NCBI GenBank assembly: GCA_017473945.1
Contig: JAFUIW010000122.1
Location: 10,540 to 74,539, forward strand
Reading direction: 5' to 3'
DNA length: 64,000 nucleotides
Source: Methanobrevibacter sp.
Lineage (GTDB): Archaea > Methanobacteriota > Methanobacteria > Methanobacteriales > Methanobacteriaceae
The position numbers and the translations under genes are program-made. The notes beneath the pieces are model-generated. The model searched no databases. It had not been told where the DNA came from and was given only the letters and a program-made list of their open reading frames with translations. How positions within the stretch are numbered: the stretch's first letter is position 1; the number at the start of each line of letters is the position of its first letter. Positions 40,502-51,940 of this stretch are shown piece by piece.

Positions 40502-40804
40502 TCATACTGTCCATTTTAATAAGAAATATAAAATTACTGCAATAATCAATCCAACAGCAGTTTCTTTTCTGCCATATCCAGGTCTTTCCCCCATAACAAA
40601 ACCGCCTAGAAGAAAACCGATTGCTGATAAAATAACATTGCCTGAGTTAAAAGCCAAACACCATCCCAATATTGAAACAGCAGCAAAAAGCATGTTGAAC
40701 TCAGTTTCTGCAACAAATGGTTCACCGTGTTGTTTGTAACTGTAGACAAGACCCAATATCAATCCTGCTGCAAATGTAAGTAAATAAATCATATAATCTA
40801 ACAT
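40502..40804 (-). CDS. ehaL: Eha small membrane subunit
   Basis: 100 aa with three helices. Assigned by position. Confidence 0.6.
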   Translation of the reverse strand: MLDYMIYLLTFAAGLILGLVYSYKQHGEPFVAETEFNMLFAAVSILGWCLAFNSGNVILSAIGFLLGGFVMGERPGYGRKETAVGLIIAVILYFLLKWTV

Positions 40805-40812
40805 AATATCAC

Positions 40813-41067
40813 CTACATTGGTTTATAAAGCAATATAAATGAACAAATTATTGCTATAAATGTTACTATAAAACATAATTTCTCAATACTTTCTATTTTA
40901 TGTGTAAAATTGCCTTTAGACAATAATACAAACGCTGCCAAGATAATTCCAATAATAACTATTGGAGCAATAAGATATGAATGCAGTGCAGTTGTAAGCA
41001 ATCCTACAATTATTATTCCAAAAGCAACCAATGATGTTAAATATACAATTACATCCTCACTGTTCAT
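40813..41067 (-). CDS. ehaK: Eha small membrane subunit
   Basis: The ORF runs to 41112, but ATG at 41067 forms an ATGA overlap with the ehaJ stop ([16 protein letters not shown]...). Assigned by position. Confidence 0.6.
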   Translation of the reverse strand: MNSEDVIVYLTSLVAFGIIIVGLLTTALHSYLIAPIVIIGIILAAFVLLSKGNFTHKIESIEKLCFIVTFIAIICSFILLYKPM

Positions 41068-41936
41068 GCTACCACTCCTGTAAATATCATCAATATTGTT
41101 CCAAAGAAGCAAATTGCACCTATTGTGATTTGAGTCATAACTGAATGATTTGGACTTAATATTGGAGTTGTCGCATTAATAAATCCTGTGACAAATGAAA
41201 TCACAATCATTCCTATAAGATATCCTACGGCATTTAATGGACCGAAGAATATTGTCAAGAATACCCAAAGCATCACATACCATGCAATAGATTCTGAAAA
41301 CAACATGAAACCTCTTAAAAATCCGAAGTGTTCTGTTTCAAAACCTGACACTAAAGCCTTATCTTTAGTAATTGCAAATGGAGAATATGGTGATTTTGTA
41401 ATAATCAACATGAAAAACATTAAAGCCGCAAGCGGAATTGTGAATACCAGTGGTCCATGAACAGACTGGTAAGCAATTATTTCCCCAATGTTCATTGTGC
41501 CTGTAATCAGGTAGACAAATACGATAGCAGCAAACAATGGAAGTTCGGTTGCCGCTGAAAGTACAGCCCTTACACAGCTTAACTTACCATATGGAGAACC
41601 GGAACTTGATCCGGAGTTATGTTCAACAATTTTATAAACCGCATAAACACCGAAGAGTATGAGCAATGAATCATGAGCTACCGGACCTGCAATTACCCCT
41701 ACAATCCATACTAACGCCAATATAAACACAATACCTATATAAAACACTTTTGAAACAGTTTTTGGAATTGCAGTTTCTTTAAAGAAAAATTTTAAAGAGT
41801 GTATCAAATGTTGGACAATAGGTGGTCCCGGACGTTTCTGAACACGTGCCATAACTTTTCTATGCAATCCGAGAAGCAGGCTTCCTGCCACGAATGCAAT
41901 AATAACATTAATTAAAATATCTGCCATTAAATTCAT
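41064..41936 (-). CDS. ehaJ: Eha membrane subunit, NuoH/HycD-like
   Basis: 290 aa. N-terminal [15 protein letters not shown] motif, as in NuoH-type subunits. Confidence 0.8.
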   Translation of the reverse strand: MNLMADILINVIIAFVAGSLLLGLHRKVMARVQKRPGPPIVQHLIHSLKFFFKETAIPKTVSKVFYIGIVFILALVWIVGVIAGPVAHDSLLILFGVYAVYKIVEHNSGSSSGSPYGKLSCVRAVLSAATELPLFAAIVFVYLITGTMNIGEIIAYQSVHGPLVFTIPLAALMFFMLIITKSPYSPFAITKDKALVSGFETEHFGFLRGFMLFSESIAWYVMLWVFLTIFFGPLNAVGYLIGMIVISFVTGFINATTPILSPNHSVMTQITIGAICFFGTILMIFTGVVA

Positions 41937-41945
41937 AATACCACT

Positions 41946-42170
41946 CTAATACCCAGTAAATGGTTCTTTCACCCTTTCTTCTTCATCTTCAGGTCTTGGT
42001 TTAGCCATTGTTAATAAACCTAATGACAATACCCATAATGGAATACCGAATATAGCCACAGTATAAACAATCCATGCCTCAAAGTCTATGACCAAGCAGG
42101 CAAGAATAGCTATTGTTGATAATGCCAATAATATACTACATATAATTTTTTGATTAACCATGCTCACCAC
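41946..42170 (-). CDS. ehaI: Eha small membrane subunit
   Basis: 74 aa with two helices. GTG start adjacent to the ehaH stop. Assigned by position. Confidence 0.6.
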   Translation of the reverse strand: MVSMVNQKIICSILLALSTIAILACLVIDFEAWIVYTVAIFGIPLWVLSLGLLTMAKPRPEDEEERVKEPFTGY

Positions 42171-42851
42171 TTACCACAATACCAATAATAAAATTTCAAC
42201 AGCTCTTACAATAATAAACAATGAACTTAAGTGAATAATAACAATGAACGGAGATCCTGCTGTCCTGAACATTTCCGCCTTACTTGCGAAAAACGGTGCC
42301 ACTCCGCTTTCACCTAAAATTCCGATCAACATTAAAACAGCACCGAAGACTACCATAGGACTTGCAGGCATCTGGGAAAGTACTGCCAAACTCAATGTTC
42401 CGGTTGCTGCAAGAATTATTGATGCACCACCGAATAACGGTAAACTGCACATCATAGCAATTAAACCATAATTGAATGCAGAATTTAAAACACTGGTCTG
42501 TTTAACGGCTGATACGATACCAATATTTAAAATACCCACTAACGCCATGAATAATGTGAAGTTAAATAAATCTCCAGTAATCATTGCGCCTGCTGATGCA
42601 ATACCACAGATGATTGATAGGAATCTCCTTTGCTTGAATTCCTTTGGACCCACTTTAACTTCAGTATTATTTAAATTGTGCATTGTAGCTTCGACTTGAG
42701 TTTCAGGTTTACTTAATGCTATCAATAAAGTAAATCCAAGTAAAACCGCAAAAAGGAACAAGTTAAATGGTGTAAGATACAGTACGATATCTCCAAGTGG
42801 AATTGTTCCAAGTAAATTTCCTCCAAGTGTAACAAAATCCATTCCAATCAC
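42171..42851 (-). CDS. ehaH: Eha membrane subunit (antiporter-like fragment)
   Basis: 226 aa polytopic protein. Assigned by position. Confidence 0.65.
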   Translation of the reverse strand: MIGMDFVTLGGNLLGTIPLGDIVLYLTPFNLFLFAVLLGFTLLIALSKPETQVEATMHNLNNTEVKVGPKEFKQRRFLSIICGIASAGAMITGDLFNFTLFMALVGILNIGIVSAVKQTSVLNSAFNYGLIAMMCSLPLFGGASIILAATGTLSLAVLSQMPASPMVVFGAVLMLIGILGESGVAPFFASKAEMFRTAGSPFIVIIHLSSLFIIVRAVEILLLVLW

Positions 42852-43547
42852 CTACTCCTTATCAATATCCTCTCTCATAAGCAGTCCAATGAGACCTACT
42901 TTTGAAGCTACTTTTAATAATAATCCACATGCTGCCAAGAATAAACTTAGTAACCAATATTGAGGTGCTACAAAGAATAATAAGAAACCTATAATCCATA
43001 AACACCATGCAATACCAGACACTCCAGCAATACCATCTAACATCAATACCGGGAGGCCCCTTGCCTTTTTGGACAATGCGTACAATACTATTCCCCCACC
43101 TGCTACGGCACCACCAGTAAATCCTGTTAAGAAAATACCATAACCAATCAATACCAATGCAATAAAGTTAGGAGCCGTATTTAAAATTTCCATGTTTAAT
43201 GCAAAAGGCTGTGGGAAAATTGAAGAAGTCTTTTGAAGATTTCTTCTTGGATTCTGCTCAATTTTACGCATTTCCCGAGTAAGCAATATTTCAGAAATTG
43301 CCAAAGTTTCCGCAAGTTCAACTACCAAACCAGGTAAAATCAATGCTTCAGCAAGGTCAGTTCCAACAGCAGACACCACAAAAATCATTGCAAGGCCAAC
43401 CAGATCTGTCAAGATAAGAATATGAATTTCCTCTCTTTTAAGGGCAATTGCCATTGTTGCTATAAAACCTACAATCAATCCCGCATAAATGGCCGGCAAA
43501 TACATTGTTAGGAATGCATCAGGAACATACGGAGGTATGAATACCAT
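42852..43547 (-). CDS. ehaG: Eha membrane subunit
   Basis: 231 aa polytopic protein, directly abutting ehaH. Assigned by position. Confidence 0.6.
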   Translation of the reverse strand: MVFIPPYVPDAFLTMYLPAIYAGLIVGFIATMAIALKREEIHILILTDLVGLAMIFVVSAVGTDLAEALILPGLVVELAETLAISEILLTREMRKIEQNPRRNLQKTSSIFPQPFALNMEILNTAPNFIALVLIGYGIFLTGFTGGAVAGGGIVLYALSKKARGLPVLMLDGIAGVSGIAWCLWIIGFLLFFVAPQYWLLSLFLAACGLLLKVASKVGLIGLLMREDIDKE

Positions 43548-44140
43548 CAGTTATCCCTCCTTAACTGTTTTGCTCTTGCCTTTGCATCATTTGCATTAAC
43601 TTCCCTAGCTACTTTTGCTGAATCAGATATAGCTTTTTTTACATCCTCCTTGATTTCAGATTCATCGTTTTTACGGTTCATGGTGTAATTGATGGATAAC
43701 CATGAAGCTATGATGAATGACATCATCAATATGCTGGATTCCAAAATTGTATCGAAACCTCTGGTATAATACAATATTTCATCTATAAGTCCTCCAGGAG
43801 ATGAATAAATTGAGGTACCAAAGTATGGGGAAATCGAAGATATCCACTGTGCCAATGGAGACATGTATCCGGTTATCATTCCCAAACTGGCTGCATTATC
43901 CGGATATTGTGGGCTAATAATGCCTGGCTGAGTTAATACTTCTCCTCCCCTATCATAAGGTGCGATAGCTAATCCGTCATCAATTTGCTCTTGAGGAGCT
44001 GGCCTAACATATAATTGATCAGGGTTTAATGCCATAGGGACTATTAAACCTATAATTAAAATTATTCCTAAAGAAAATGCAAACAAGCGAGGAATATTTT
44101 TAGGGTCTGCAAGTTTATTCCATAAAACTCCAATCCTCAT
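43547..44140 (-). CDS. ehaF: Eha subunit (membrane anchored)
   Basis: 197 aa with helices at the N-terminus and mid-protein. 1-nt overlap with ehaG. Assigned by position. Confidence 0.6.
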   Translation of the reverse strand: MRIGVLWNKLADPKNIPRLFAFSLGIILIIGLIVPMALNPDQLYVRPAPQEQIDDGLAIAPYDRGGEVLTQPGIISPQYPDNAASLGMITGYMSPLAQWISSISPYFGTSIYSSPGGLIDEILYYTRGFDTILESSILMMSFIIASWLSINYTMNRKNDESEIKEDVKKAISDSAKVAREVNANDAKARAKQLRRDN

Positions 44141-44397
44141 ACGTCTGCCCCCATTTCTTCTAAACGAATAATTGCTCTAAATAAGATTAAACTGATAATT
44201 ACTGTGGTTGCAAGCAATGTTAATAATGCTAAAACATGATTGTAACATAATAACACCAAACAAACGCCTATTGATGCAACTTCAGTATTGAATGTTCTTA
44301 CAATTGGGTCGTTTACTCCAGGACCCCATGCAGTTGCCAAACTTCCGATGATAGCTAGAAATATTCCAAAGTAAAAGAATAACGGCACACTAATCAT
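44137..44397 (-). CDS. ehaE: Eha small membrane subunit
   Basis: 86 aa. Overlapping start and stop codons. Assigned by position. Confidence 0.6.
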   Translation of the reverse strand: MISVPLFFYFGIFLAIIGSLATAWGPGVNDPIVRTFNTEVASIGVCLVLLCYNHVLALLTLLATTVIISLILFRAIIRLEEMGADV

Positions 44398-44659
44398 TTA
44401 TCTCACCACTTTCTAGCTTGTTTTTCCTAATTTCATTAATTTTCACAATGGCTAAAATAAATACCAATGTGGATAAGGGGTCTGCTAATGCCGCAAACAT
44501 TGCCACATCCAAATATTTAAATAATACAACGACTAAAACAAATCCTGCATCCAGTATTGTAAACATTATCACTTTATCCAATGGTTTTTTAAGAAATATA
44601 ATACCAAATGCTCCAATTACCATTAAAGCAATTGCAATTATTGACACGAAAAATTCCAT
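44390..44659 (-). CDS. ehaD: Eha small membrane subunit
   Basis: 89 aa with three helices. Assigned by position. Confidence 0.6.
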   Translation of the reverse strand: MEFFVSIIAIALMVIGAFGIIFLKKPLDKVIMFTILDAGFVLVVVLFKYLDVAMFAALADPLSTLVFILAIVKINEIRKNKLESGEIND

Positions 44660-44665
44660 TTTGCA

Positions 44666-44929
44666 TCACTCCAATAGTATCTCATCATCTAGCCTATTTA
44701 ATGTGTACGCAATTGCATTAGCACTGATTGTAGAACAAATAAAGAATGCCGCTGCAACTATAAGAGCAAATGGAGTATTTATTACTAAAGCAATGAGTGC
44801 TGAAACTCCAAAACCTATGACATTTAAATATAATAATCTTTCAGCCCTATTTTTAGTAATCAATGCTCTTAATGCAACAAATATGACTATAATTCCTATT
44901 ATTTCAACATACATATTTAACACCCTCAA
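44666..44929 (-). CDS. ehaC: Eha small membrane subunit
   Basis: 87 aa with three helices. Assigned by position. Confidence 0.6.
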   Translation of the reverse strand: MRVLNMYVEIIGIIVIFVALRALITKNRAERLLYLNVIGFGVSALIALVINTPFALIVAAAFFICSTISANAIAYTLNRLDDEILLE

Positions 44930-45417
44930 GCATGCCTATTGAATTTTTCAGCAATTTTGCCTAAAAGAATTGAAGCTCTCTTATGGTCAAGACCTTGAAT
45001 GGTCAATATTGCAATAACCATACCTACAATAAACATTTCCGGAGTGAATCCGACAAATGAACAGATGAAAATTATTAAAGTAGCTGTCAAGCTTCCAACA
45101 GTTCCGGCATAACCTGGATCCGCACATAATCTATTTCCTATAAACACAAAAAATGCGGCAATAATTCCTCCAGGAATTCCTAAAATCAAGTATCCAATAG
45201 CGGCGATTAAAGTACCAGCAGATGCATCCGGAGAACATACAATGTTTCCTTGGAATAACCCACCAGCAATATCTCCCCCTCTTTTTTCGACATTTTCACC
45301 AATTATCCTAGCCCCTTTAACACCAGGTTGCTCGGGAAGTCCGAAATATGTATCAACAATTACAAAATTCAACCAACATAGAATTGCAGCAATTATGATA
45401 CCAATTACTTCATTCAT
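44926..45417 (-). CDS. ehaB: Eha membrane subunit
   Basis: 163 aa polytopic protein. Assigned by position. Confidence 0.6.
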   Translation of the reverse strand: MNEVIGIIIAAILCWLNFVIVDTYFGLPEQPGVKGARIIGENVEKRGGDIAGGLFQGNIVCSPDASAGTLIAAIGYLILGIPGGIIAAFFVFIGNRLCADPGYAGTVGSLTATLIIFICSFVGFTPEMFIVGMVIAILTIQGLDHKRASILLGKIAEKFNRHA

Positions 45418-45800
45418 TATATATCCTCCCCCTCATCTCCATCCAAAGGCTTTGGAAATACAAAATCAAATAAATATTTCACAAATAATGCAGATAAAAT
45501 ACCAATAACAATAGCTAATACAATTCCATTATACATAAAAGTGTAATTCAAAACTAAAAATATAGAAAAAATACCAATAGCTATTATCGGAGTCGGATAT
45601 ATTGCACTAACATCAAAAGAATACCTATATGGTTTGCTAGGTAACAATGGGATTTTCAAAATTAACGCAAAGATTATTGAAACTAAAATAGTTACAATGT
45701 AAGCTAATAAAACATCAAATGAACTGATTGAAATATTGCTAAGCCCATAAATATTACCATAAGAAGCAAAAAATAGGGTATTATACATCAAATCAAACAT
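45417..45800 (-). CDS. ehaA: Eha membrane subunit, first gene of the operon
   Basis: 127 aa. AGAGGAG SD 9 nt upstream of ATG 45800. AT-rich promoter region at 45801-45914. Confidence 0.6.
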   Translation of the reverse strand: MFDLMYNTLFFASYGNIYGLSNISISSFDVLLAYIVTILVSIIFALILKIPLLPSKPYRYSFDVSAIYPTPIIAIGIFSIFLVLNYTFMYNGIVLAIVIGILSALFVKYLFDFVFPKPLDGDEGEDI

Positions 45801-45914
45801 ATTATTAGACTCCTCTTAAATAATAATTATATTATATAAAAATATATAAATGTTGTTACTTAAAAATTAATATTAATAGCTTAAACATAATTAAAATTAC
45901 TAAATGGTGGCTTA

Positions 45915-46847
45915 ATGGATAATAAAAATATTTTAATAACTGGTGGACTAGGATTTATTGGTTCTCACATTGCAAATAAACTATTGGAGAACAATGAAGT
46001 TGTTATTCTTGATAATTTATCTACTGGAAACATTAACAACCTAGATAACCCTAATCATGAAAACTTGAAAATCATCAAACAGGACATTCGTAATACTAAT
46101 CTGGATGAATTGACATCAGATATAGATTACATTTTTCATCTTGCGGCAATGGCAAGTGTTCCATTAAGTATCGATAAACCAGTTGAATGCAATGACATCA
46201 ATCTAAATGCCACCGTAAAACTTCTAAAATCCTCTGTAGATAATGGCGTTGAAAAAATAGTGTTTTCATCATCATCTTCAGTTTATGGGCAAAACAAAAA
46301 CATGCCCCTAAAAGAAAGCGAACAGCCACAACCAATGTCACCATATGCCGCTTCCAAAGCTAGCTGCGAATTATACCTGCAATCTTTTTATGACAGCCAT
46401 GGACTAAATTACACTTCCCTTAGATATTTCAACGTATTTGGACCTGGACAAGATAAAAACTCACAATATGCTGCAGTTATACCAAATTTCATCAGTGCAC
46501 TTCTTGAAGGAAATCAACCTGAAATTTATGGTGATGGTGAGCAAACCAGAGACTTTGTTCACGTTAAAGACATTGTTCGTGCAAATATCAATGCTGCTGA
46601 ATCCAATTTCAATGGAATTGTCAACATTGCATCTGGTGAAAAATTAAGCATTAACCAATTATATGAAATTGTTAAAAATACACTTGAAAGCGATTTAGAA
46701 CCATTATATCTCCCTGAAAGGCAAGGAGACATAAAACATTCACTTGCAGACATTACCCAGATGAAAAAAATCAATTTAAAAATAGATACAACTGATTTTG
46801 AAAAACAGCTAACAGAAACTATTGAATGGTTTAAAACAATTTTATAG
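45915..46847 (+). CDS. NAD-dependent nucleotide-sugar epimerase/dehydratase (GalE/WbpP-like)
   Basis: 310 aa. Rossmann motif TGGLGFIGSH and catalytic YAASK. Confidence 0.85.
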   Translation: MDNKNILITGGLGFIGSHIANKLLENNEVVILDNLSTGNINNLDNPNHENLKIIKQDIRNTNLDELTSDIDYIFHLAAMASVPLSIDKPVECNDINLNATVKLLKSSVDNGVEKIVFSSSSSVYGQNKNMPLKESEQPQPMSPYAASKASCELYLQSFYDSHGLNYTSLRYFNVFGPGQDKNSQYAAVIPNFISALLEGNQPEIYGDGEQTRDFVHVKDIVRANINAAESNFNGIVNIASGEKLSINQLYEIVKNTLESDLEPLYLPERQGDIKHSLADITQMKKINLKIDTTDFEKQLTETIEWFKTIL

Positions 46848-46856
46848 GTTGAAAAT

Positions 46857-47666
46857 ATGGATAAAAGCATTAATGACTTCAATGTTCGTTTAAGGACTAT
46901 AAGAATTAGAGAGCTTATTTTAGGGATAATTATCAGTTTTATTCTTACAGGATTATTGATAGGAGTATTTCCGGAAATTTACGATAATGACGATTTAATG
47001 TTCGTTGTTTTATTATCATTTGTCTTGATATTTTTTGCATGGTGCTTGAAAGGCACAACCGGACTTGGAAATAATTTTAATAAACTATTTGTTAAAAAGA
47101 CCAGGAATGAAATTCTGTATGTATTTTTAATAAACATACTGTTTGCATTTTTATTCACCTGCATTGTAACTGGAATTGATTTGTTGATAGGATTTTATGA
47201 TCCAAGCTGGGTAACCGGATTTGACATAGATTCCGTTGACGTTACTGCTGGAACAGTACTGTTAAATGCCATTGGAGCGATTATTTTTGCACCATTAATT
47301 GAAGAGTTAGTTTTCAGAGGAGTTTTATTTAACAGATTGAAAATAAGAGTCGGTATTGTCCCTGCCATGCTTATTTCATCATTTTTATTTGGTATTGGCC
47401 ATGACTTCGGAGGGATAACCAGTGCATTCCTGTTCGGATTATGCATGTGCATATTATACATGAAAACAGACAACATTCTTGTTCCGATGAGCGTTCATTT
47501 CATTAACAACATTACTGCAACACTTCTGGAGCTAACACAAATCGATGCATTCATCGGACAGTTCCCATGGATAATTCCTGCAACAATTATTACATTGGTG
47601 GCGACAGTTCTTCTTGTTAAATACATAATACAGGAAACCAAACTGTTAAAAAAGAGTTATAGCTAA
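46857..47666 (+). CDS. CPBP-family intramembrane glutamic endopeptidase (CAAX protease-like)
   Basis: 269 aa. EELVFRG, FGIGH and HFINN motifs. Confidence 0.85.
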   Translation: MDKSINDFNVRLRTIRIRELILGIIISFILTGLLIGVFPEIYDNDDLMFVVLLSFVLIFFAWCLKGTTGLGNNFNKLFVKKTRNEILYVFLINILFAFLFTCIVTGIDLLIGFYDPSWVTGFDIDSVDVTAGTVLLNAIGAIIFAPLIEELVFRGVLFNRLKIRVGIVPAMLISSFLFGIGHDFGGITSAFLFGLCMCILYMKTDNILVPMSVHFINNITATLLELTQIDAFIGQFPWIIPATIITLVATVLLVKYIIQETKLLKKSYS

Positions 47667-47678
47667 AAAATTAAAGAA

Positions 47679-48050
47679 TTAGTGGAATCCGCATCCACTA
47701 CAAGTTTCACATTTTTCTTCTTCCAAAGGATCATATGTTTTATCTTCCTGCAAAGTAGCTGAGATGAAATATTGGTCGAATTCATCTTTATTTTTTAAAA
47801 CTGGAGAAAGACCTTTGAAATCACATTTGATATCGCCGGTTCCACCAATATCAACAATTATTGGCTCACCTAATTTGAATTTTTTAAAGTATCCTTCGAC
47901 ATCATTTATCAAATCTCCAGGCACTCTAAAATTGAAAGACAAAATATTGTTTTCCTTCATTTTCAAACCAACATATTTCTGGTCAATCTCATAGTTTAGA
48001 CCTAACTGCTTTTTGAAAATTATGTTAGTACCAATTTCATTAGATGACAT
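47679..48050 (-). CDS. hypothetical protein with C-terminal CETCSGCGFH tail
   Basis: 123 aa soluble ORF. I recognise no family. Coding status is inferred from its length and its isolation from neighbouring genes. Confidence 0.4.
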   Translation of the reverse strand: MSSNEIGTNIIFKKQLGLNYEIDQKYVGLKMKENNILSFNFRVPGDLINDVEGYFKKFKLGEPIIVDIGGTGDIKCDFKGLSPVLKNKDEFDQYFISATLQEDKTYDPLEEEKCETCSGCGFH

Positions 48051-48279
48051 TTTTATAATCTCCTTGAATAAATTATTATTAAAATTATAGTTTGAGATAT
48101 ATAAAACTTTCTCTCATCAATTGTACATATTTTGACAATTTAAAAAAATATTTTTGAATAAATTTATAACGAATTATCACGATTTTTAATAAGGTTTATA
48201 TAATTCGAAATTCAAAACATATAATATTATAATATATATTATAATGGAAAAAATCAATTAAAAAAATAAGGTGTTTATT

Positions 48280-48831
48280 TTGAATGAATACAACAAAGAC
48301 ATTGGAAATAGAATTAGAGAATTGAGAGAACTGTCAGATATTACAATTAATGAAATTGCATCTGAATTAAACATTACAGAAGAAACATACATTCAATATG
48401 AAAATGGAGAAGTAGACATCCCTGCAAGTTTCTTATACGAACTCGCACATATTTTTAAAGTTGATTTAGGATTATTATTGACCGGTGAAGAAAGCAGAAT
48501 GAGCATATTTGATGTTACACGTGCCAATAAAGGCGTTTCAATAGACCGTAGAAAGGAATATACACATCAAAACCTATGCACCAAATTCATTCATAAAAAG
48601 GCCGAAACATTCCTTGTGACAGTGGACCCTGAAAAGAACCCAGTGCCTTCACTTAACTCACACCCTGGTCAAGAATTCAATTACGTATTAGAAGGTTCCT
48701 TAAAAATTTATATTCACAATAACGAAATTATCTTAAACGAAGGAGACTGCATCTTCTTCGATTCAGCACACAGACATGCCATGGTGGCGCTTAACGACAA
48801 ACCCGCTAAATTTTTAGCAGTAATAATATAA
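48280..48831 (+). CDS. XRE-family HTH transcriptional regulator with C-terminal cupin domain
   Basis: The track starts at GTG 48271, but TTG 48280 lies 6 nt after the [47 protein letters not shown]. Cupin part [14 protein letters not shown]...[10 protein letters not shown]. Confidence 0.8.
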   Translation: MNEYNKDIGNRIRELRELSDITINEIASELNITEETYIQYENGEVDIPASFLYELAHIFKVDLGLLLTGEESRMSIFDVTRANKGVSIDRRKEYTHQNLCTKFIHKKAETFLVTVDPEKNPVPSLNSHPGQEFNYVLEGSLKIYIHNNEIILNEGDCIFFDSAHRHAMVALNDKPAKFLAVII

Positions 48832-48850
48832 TATTTATGGAGATAATTAC

Positions 48851-50518
48851 ATGACATCATTAATAGGAAATTTTGTTGAAAGGGTTGATTTCAACTCTTA
48901 TGAAGACTTTTACGATAACTTCAAATTAACATATGAAGATGATTACAACTTCGGATTCGATGTAGTGGACAAATACGCTGAAATCGATCCTGAAAAGATA
49001 GCATTAATCTGGACAAACGATTATGATGAAGAACACATATTCACTTTTAAGGATATGAAAGAATATTCCAATAAAGCTGCAAACTTATTTAAAAAATTAG
49101 GAATTAAAAAAGGCGACCGTGTAATGCTTACCCTTAAAAACAGATATGAATTCTGGTTCTGCATGATAGCATTGCACAAAATAGGAGCAATACCTATTCC
49201 GGGAACACACATGCTGAAACTTCACGACATCGATTTCAGAATAAAAGAGGCAGATGTGAAGATGGTAGTTTCAGTGGAAGAAGATTCATTATTACCTGAT
49301 TACGAAGAAGCTGAAAAATCATTAGGCATTGACATACCAAAACTTGCAATTGAAACCGACAGGGACGGATGGATAAACTTCAATGAAGCTATAGAAAACG
49401 AAAGTCCAATATTCGAAAGGCCAACTGGTGAAGACAAAACCTATGCTGAAGAAATATCACTAATATATTTCACATCAGGAACCAGCGGACTTCCGAAAAT
49501 GGTTTCACACAAACATACCTATTCATTAGGACATATCCCTACTGCCAAATACTGGCATAATGTAGTAGAAGATGGAATCCACCACACCTCCGCAGATACC
49601 GGTTGGGGAAAAGCTGTATGGGGAAACCTTTACGGACAATGGATTGCAGGAACAGGAGTATTCATCTACGATTACGAAAGATTCAATGGATTAAAATTAC
49701 TTGAAAAGATTATCGAATATAAAGTGGACACATTCTGTGCACCTCCTACAATTTACAGATTCATAATTAAAGAAAATATAGAAGGATATGACCTTTCAAA
49801 CTTAAAATACGTTACAACTGCAGGAGAACCTTTACCTCCTGAAGTATCCGAAAAGTTCTTTGAACTTTCAGGACTTAGAATCAAAGAAGGATTCGGTCAA
49901 ACCGAAACAACTTTATCAATCGGTACATTCATCTGGCTGGATGCAAAAGTTGCTTCCATTGGTAAACCTTCCCCATTATTCAATTTGGAATTATTAGATG
50001 AAAACCACAACAAAGTGGAAATCGGAGAAGAAGGAGAACTTTGTTTCAAAATGAATGACGGACCTAATCCCGGATTATTCAAAGACTATGTGAACGATGA
50101 AGAAAAATACAAAAGGCAAATCCATCATGGATACTACCACTGTGGGGATACCGCATGGGTGGATGAAGACGGATATGTCCACTTTGTTGGAAGAAACGAC
50201 GACATCATCAAGTCTTCAGGTTACCGTATCGGACCGTATGAAGTAGAAAGTGCAGTATTGTCTCACGAGGCAGTTTCAAACTGCGCAATTACCGCTTATC
50301 CTGATGAAGTGAGAGGCCAAATCGTAAAGGCAACAATTATCTTACAACCTGGCTTTGAACCGTCAGATGCCTTGACCAAAGACATACAAAATCATGTTAA
50401 AAGAGTTACAGCTCCTTATAAATACCCAAGAATGATTGAATATGTGGATGAAATTCCAGAAACAATCAGCGGTAAAATAAGAAGAGTTGAAATCAGAGAA
50501 AACGATAATAAAAATTAA
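48851..50518 (+). CDS. AMP-forming acyl-CoA synthetase (medium/short-chain type)
   Basis: 555 aa. AMP-binding motif YFTSGTSGLPKMV, GYYHCGDTA, SGKIRR C-terminal lysine loop. Confidence 0.88.
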   Translation: MTSLIGNFVERVDFNSYEDFYDNFKLTYEDDYNFGFDVVDKYAEIDPEKIALIWTNDYDEEHIFTFKDMKEYSNKAANLFKKLGIKKGDRVMLTLKNRYEFWFCMIALHKIGAIPIPGTHMLKLHDIDFRIKEADVKMVVSVEEDSLLPDYEEAEKSLGIDIPKLAIETDRDGWINFNEAIENESPIFERPTGEDKTYAEEISLIYFTSGTSGLPKMVSHKHTYSLGHIPTAKYWHNVVEDGIHHTSADTGWGKAVWGNLYGQWIAGTGVFIYDYERFNGLKLLEKIIEYKVDTFCAPPTIYRFIIKENIEGYDLSNLKYVTTAGEPLPPEVSEKFFELSGLRIKEGFGQTETTLSIGTFIWLDAKVASIGKPSPLFNLELLDENHNKVEIGEEGELCFKMNDGPNPGLFKDYVNDEEKYKRQIHHGYYHCGDTAWVDEDGYVHFVGRNDDIIKSSGYRIGPYEVESAVLSHEAVSNCAITAYPDEVRGQIVKATIILQPGFEPSDALTKDIQNHVKRVTAPYKYPRMIEYVDEIPETISGKIRRVEIRENDNKN

Positions 50519-50530
50519 TCAGATGATATA

Positions 50531-50815
50531 ATGACAGAAGAGATATCTTATCCAGTTATCAATAAGGAGATTTGCAAAGGCTGTATGAGATGTATAGTCG
50601 GATGTCCTCAAAATGCAATATTACTATCAGAAGAAATGAACAACGCAGGATATCAATTTGCATATTATAGTGGAAATGGCTGTACCGGATGTAAAGACTG
50701 TTACTTTACATGCCCAGAGCCATTAGGATTAGAAGTACATCAAGTGAAAAATATTGTTAATGATTCAGTAGCAAAAATGATTAAAGCTAAAGCAGCTAAT
50801 CAAGGGGGAAACTAA
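50531..50815 (+). CDS. vorC: 2-oxoacid:ferredoxin oxidoreductase delta (2x[4Fe-4S] ferredoxin) subunit
   Basis: 94 aa. CKGCMRCIVGCP and CTGCKDCYFTCP motifs. Abuts the alpha subunit gene. The gene symbol is tentative. Confidence 0.7.
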   Translation: MTEEISYPVINKEICKGCMRCIVGCPQNAILLSEEMNNAGYQFAYYSGNGCTGCKDCYFTCPEPLGLEVHQVKNIVNDSVAKMIKAKAANQGGN

Positions 50816-51928
50816 ATGAGTAATCAAATGGTGAAAGGAAATACTGCTGTTATCATTGGTGCAATGTATGCGGGATGCGATTGTTTCTTTGGATACCCAA
50901 TCACACCTGCAAGTGAAATATTGCACGAAGCTTCAAAATATTTCCCAATGGTTGGAAGAAACTTTGTACAGGCTGAAAGTGAAGAAGCATCAATCAATAT
51001 GGTTTACGGTGCATCAGGTACAGGCCACAGGGTCATGACCGCATCATCAGGGCCAGGTATAAGCTTAATGCAGGAAGGATTCACATACCTTGCAGGTGCT
51101 GAACTGCCTGCAGTTATTGTTGACATTATGAGAGCAGGACCCGGACTTGGAAACATCGGACCCGAACAAGGAGACTACAATCAGATTGTCAAAGGCGGAG
51201 GTCACGGTAACTACAGAAATATAGTCCTGGCTCCAAACAGCGTTCAGGAAATGTGTGATTTGACCATGAAAGCATTTGAACTTGCAGACAAATGGAGAAA
51301 TCCTGTTGTTGTTTTGGCTGACGGTACACTAGGCCAGATGGCAGAACCTGTTGAGTTTCCAAAAGAAGCAATCAAACCTGAAATTGACGAATCATGGGCA
51401 GTAAGAGGAAATAAGGATACCATGGGAAACCTCATTACATCAATCTTCAATGACTTCAATGATTTGGAGGATTTCAACTTCAAGCTTCAGGAAAAATATG
51501 CTAAAATCGATGCTGAAGAGGTTATTGTTGACGAATATCAAGTTGACGATGCAGACATTGTCTTGGTTTCATATGGTATCAGCAGCCGTATCGCAAGATC
51601 TGCTGTTGACAAGAGCCGTGAAAAAGGCCTGAAAGTTGGACTCTTAAGACCTGTCACACTATCACCTTTCCCAACTGAAAGAATCAAGGAATTGGCTGAT
51701 AAGGGTGTTGAATTCATATCAGTTGAAATGAGTAACGGTCAGCTCCTTGCTGATGTTCAGTTTGCAGCATTAAGAAGAGACGGAACCCACCTTGTAAACA
51801 GGATGGGCGGAAATCTCATTGAACTTAAACATGTGCTTGCAAAAATTTATGAAATTGCAGGTCTGGACGAGAAAATAGATACTTCAAAAAGAAGTGAAGA
51901 AAAGGCTAGCCCGAATATAATTGATTAA
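50816..51928 (+). CDS. vorB: 2-oxoacid:ferredoxin oxidoreductase alpha subunit
   Basis: 370 aa. [10 protein letters not shown] and [10 protein letters not shown] motifs of the OFOR alpha subunit. Substrate specificity is not determinable from sequence alone. Confidence 0.8.
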   Translation: MSNQMVKGNTAVIIGAMYAGCDCFFGYPITPASEILHEASKYFPMVGRNFVQAESEEASINMVYGASGTGHRVMTASSGPGISLMQEGFTYLAGAELPAVIVDIMRAGPGLGNIGPEQGDYNQIVKGGGHGNYRNIVLAPNSVQEMCDLTMKAFELADKWRNPVVVLADGTLGQMAEPVEFPKEAIKPEIDESWAVRGNKDTMGNLITSIFNDFNDLEDFNFKLQEKYAKIDAEEVIVDEYQVDDADIVLVSYGISSRIARSAVDKSREKGLKVGLLRPVTLSPFPTERIKELADKGVEFISVEMSNGQLLADVQFAALRRDGTHLVNRMGGNLIELKHVLAKIYEIAGLDEKIDTSKRSEEKASPNIID

Positions 51929-51940
51929 GGATGTGGAAAA

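Noticed and set aside
44418-44942. 174-aa plus-strand ORF across ehaC/ehaD. Other antisense ORFs lie in the eha region (33858..34304, 37695..38099, 41188..41460, 42244..42699, 45242..45508).
   Set aside because: All lie opposite tightly packed, translationally coupled eha genes with clear family motifs. None has an SD or independent support.
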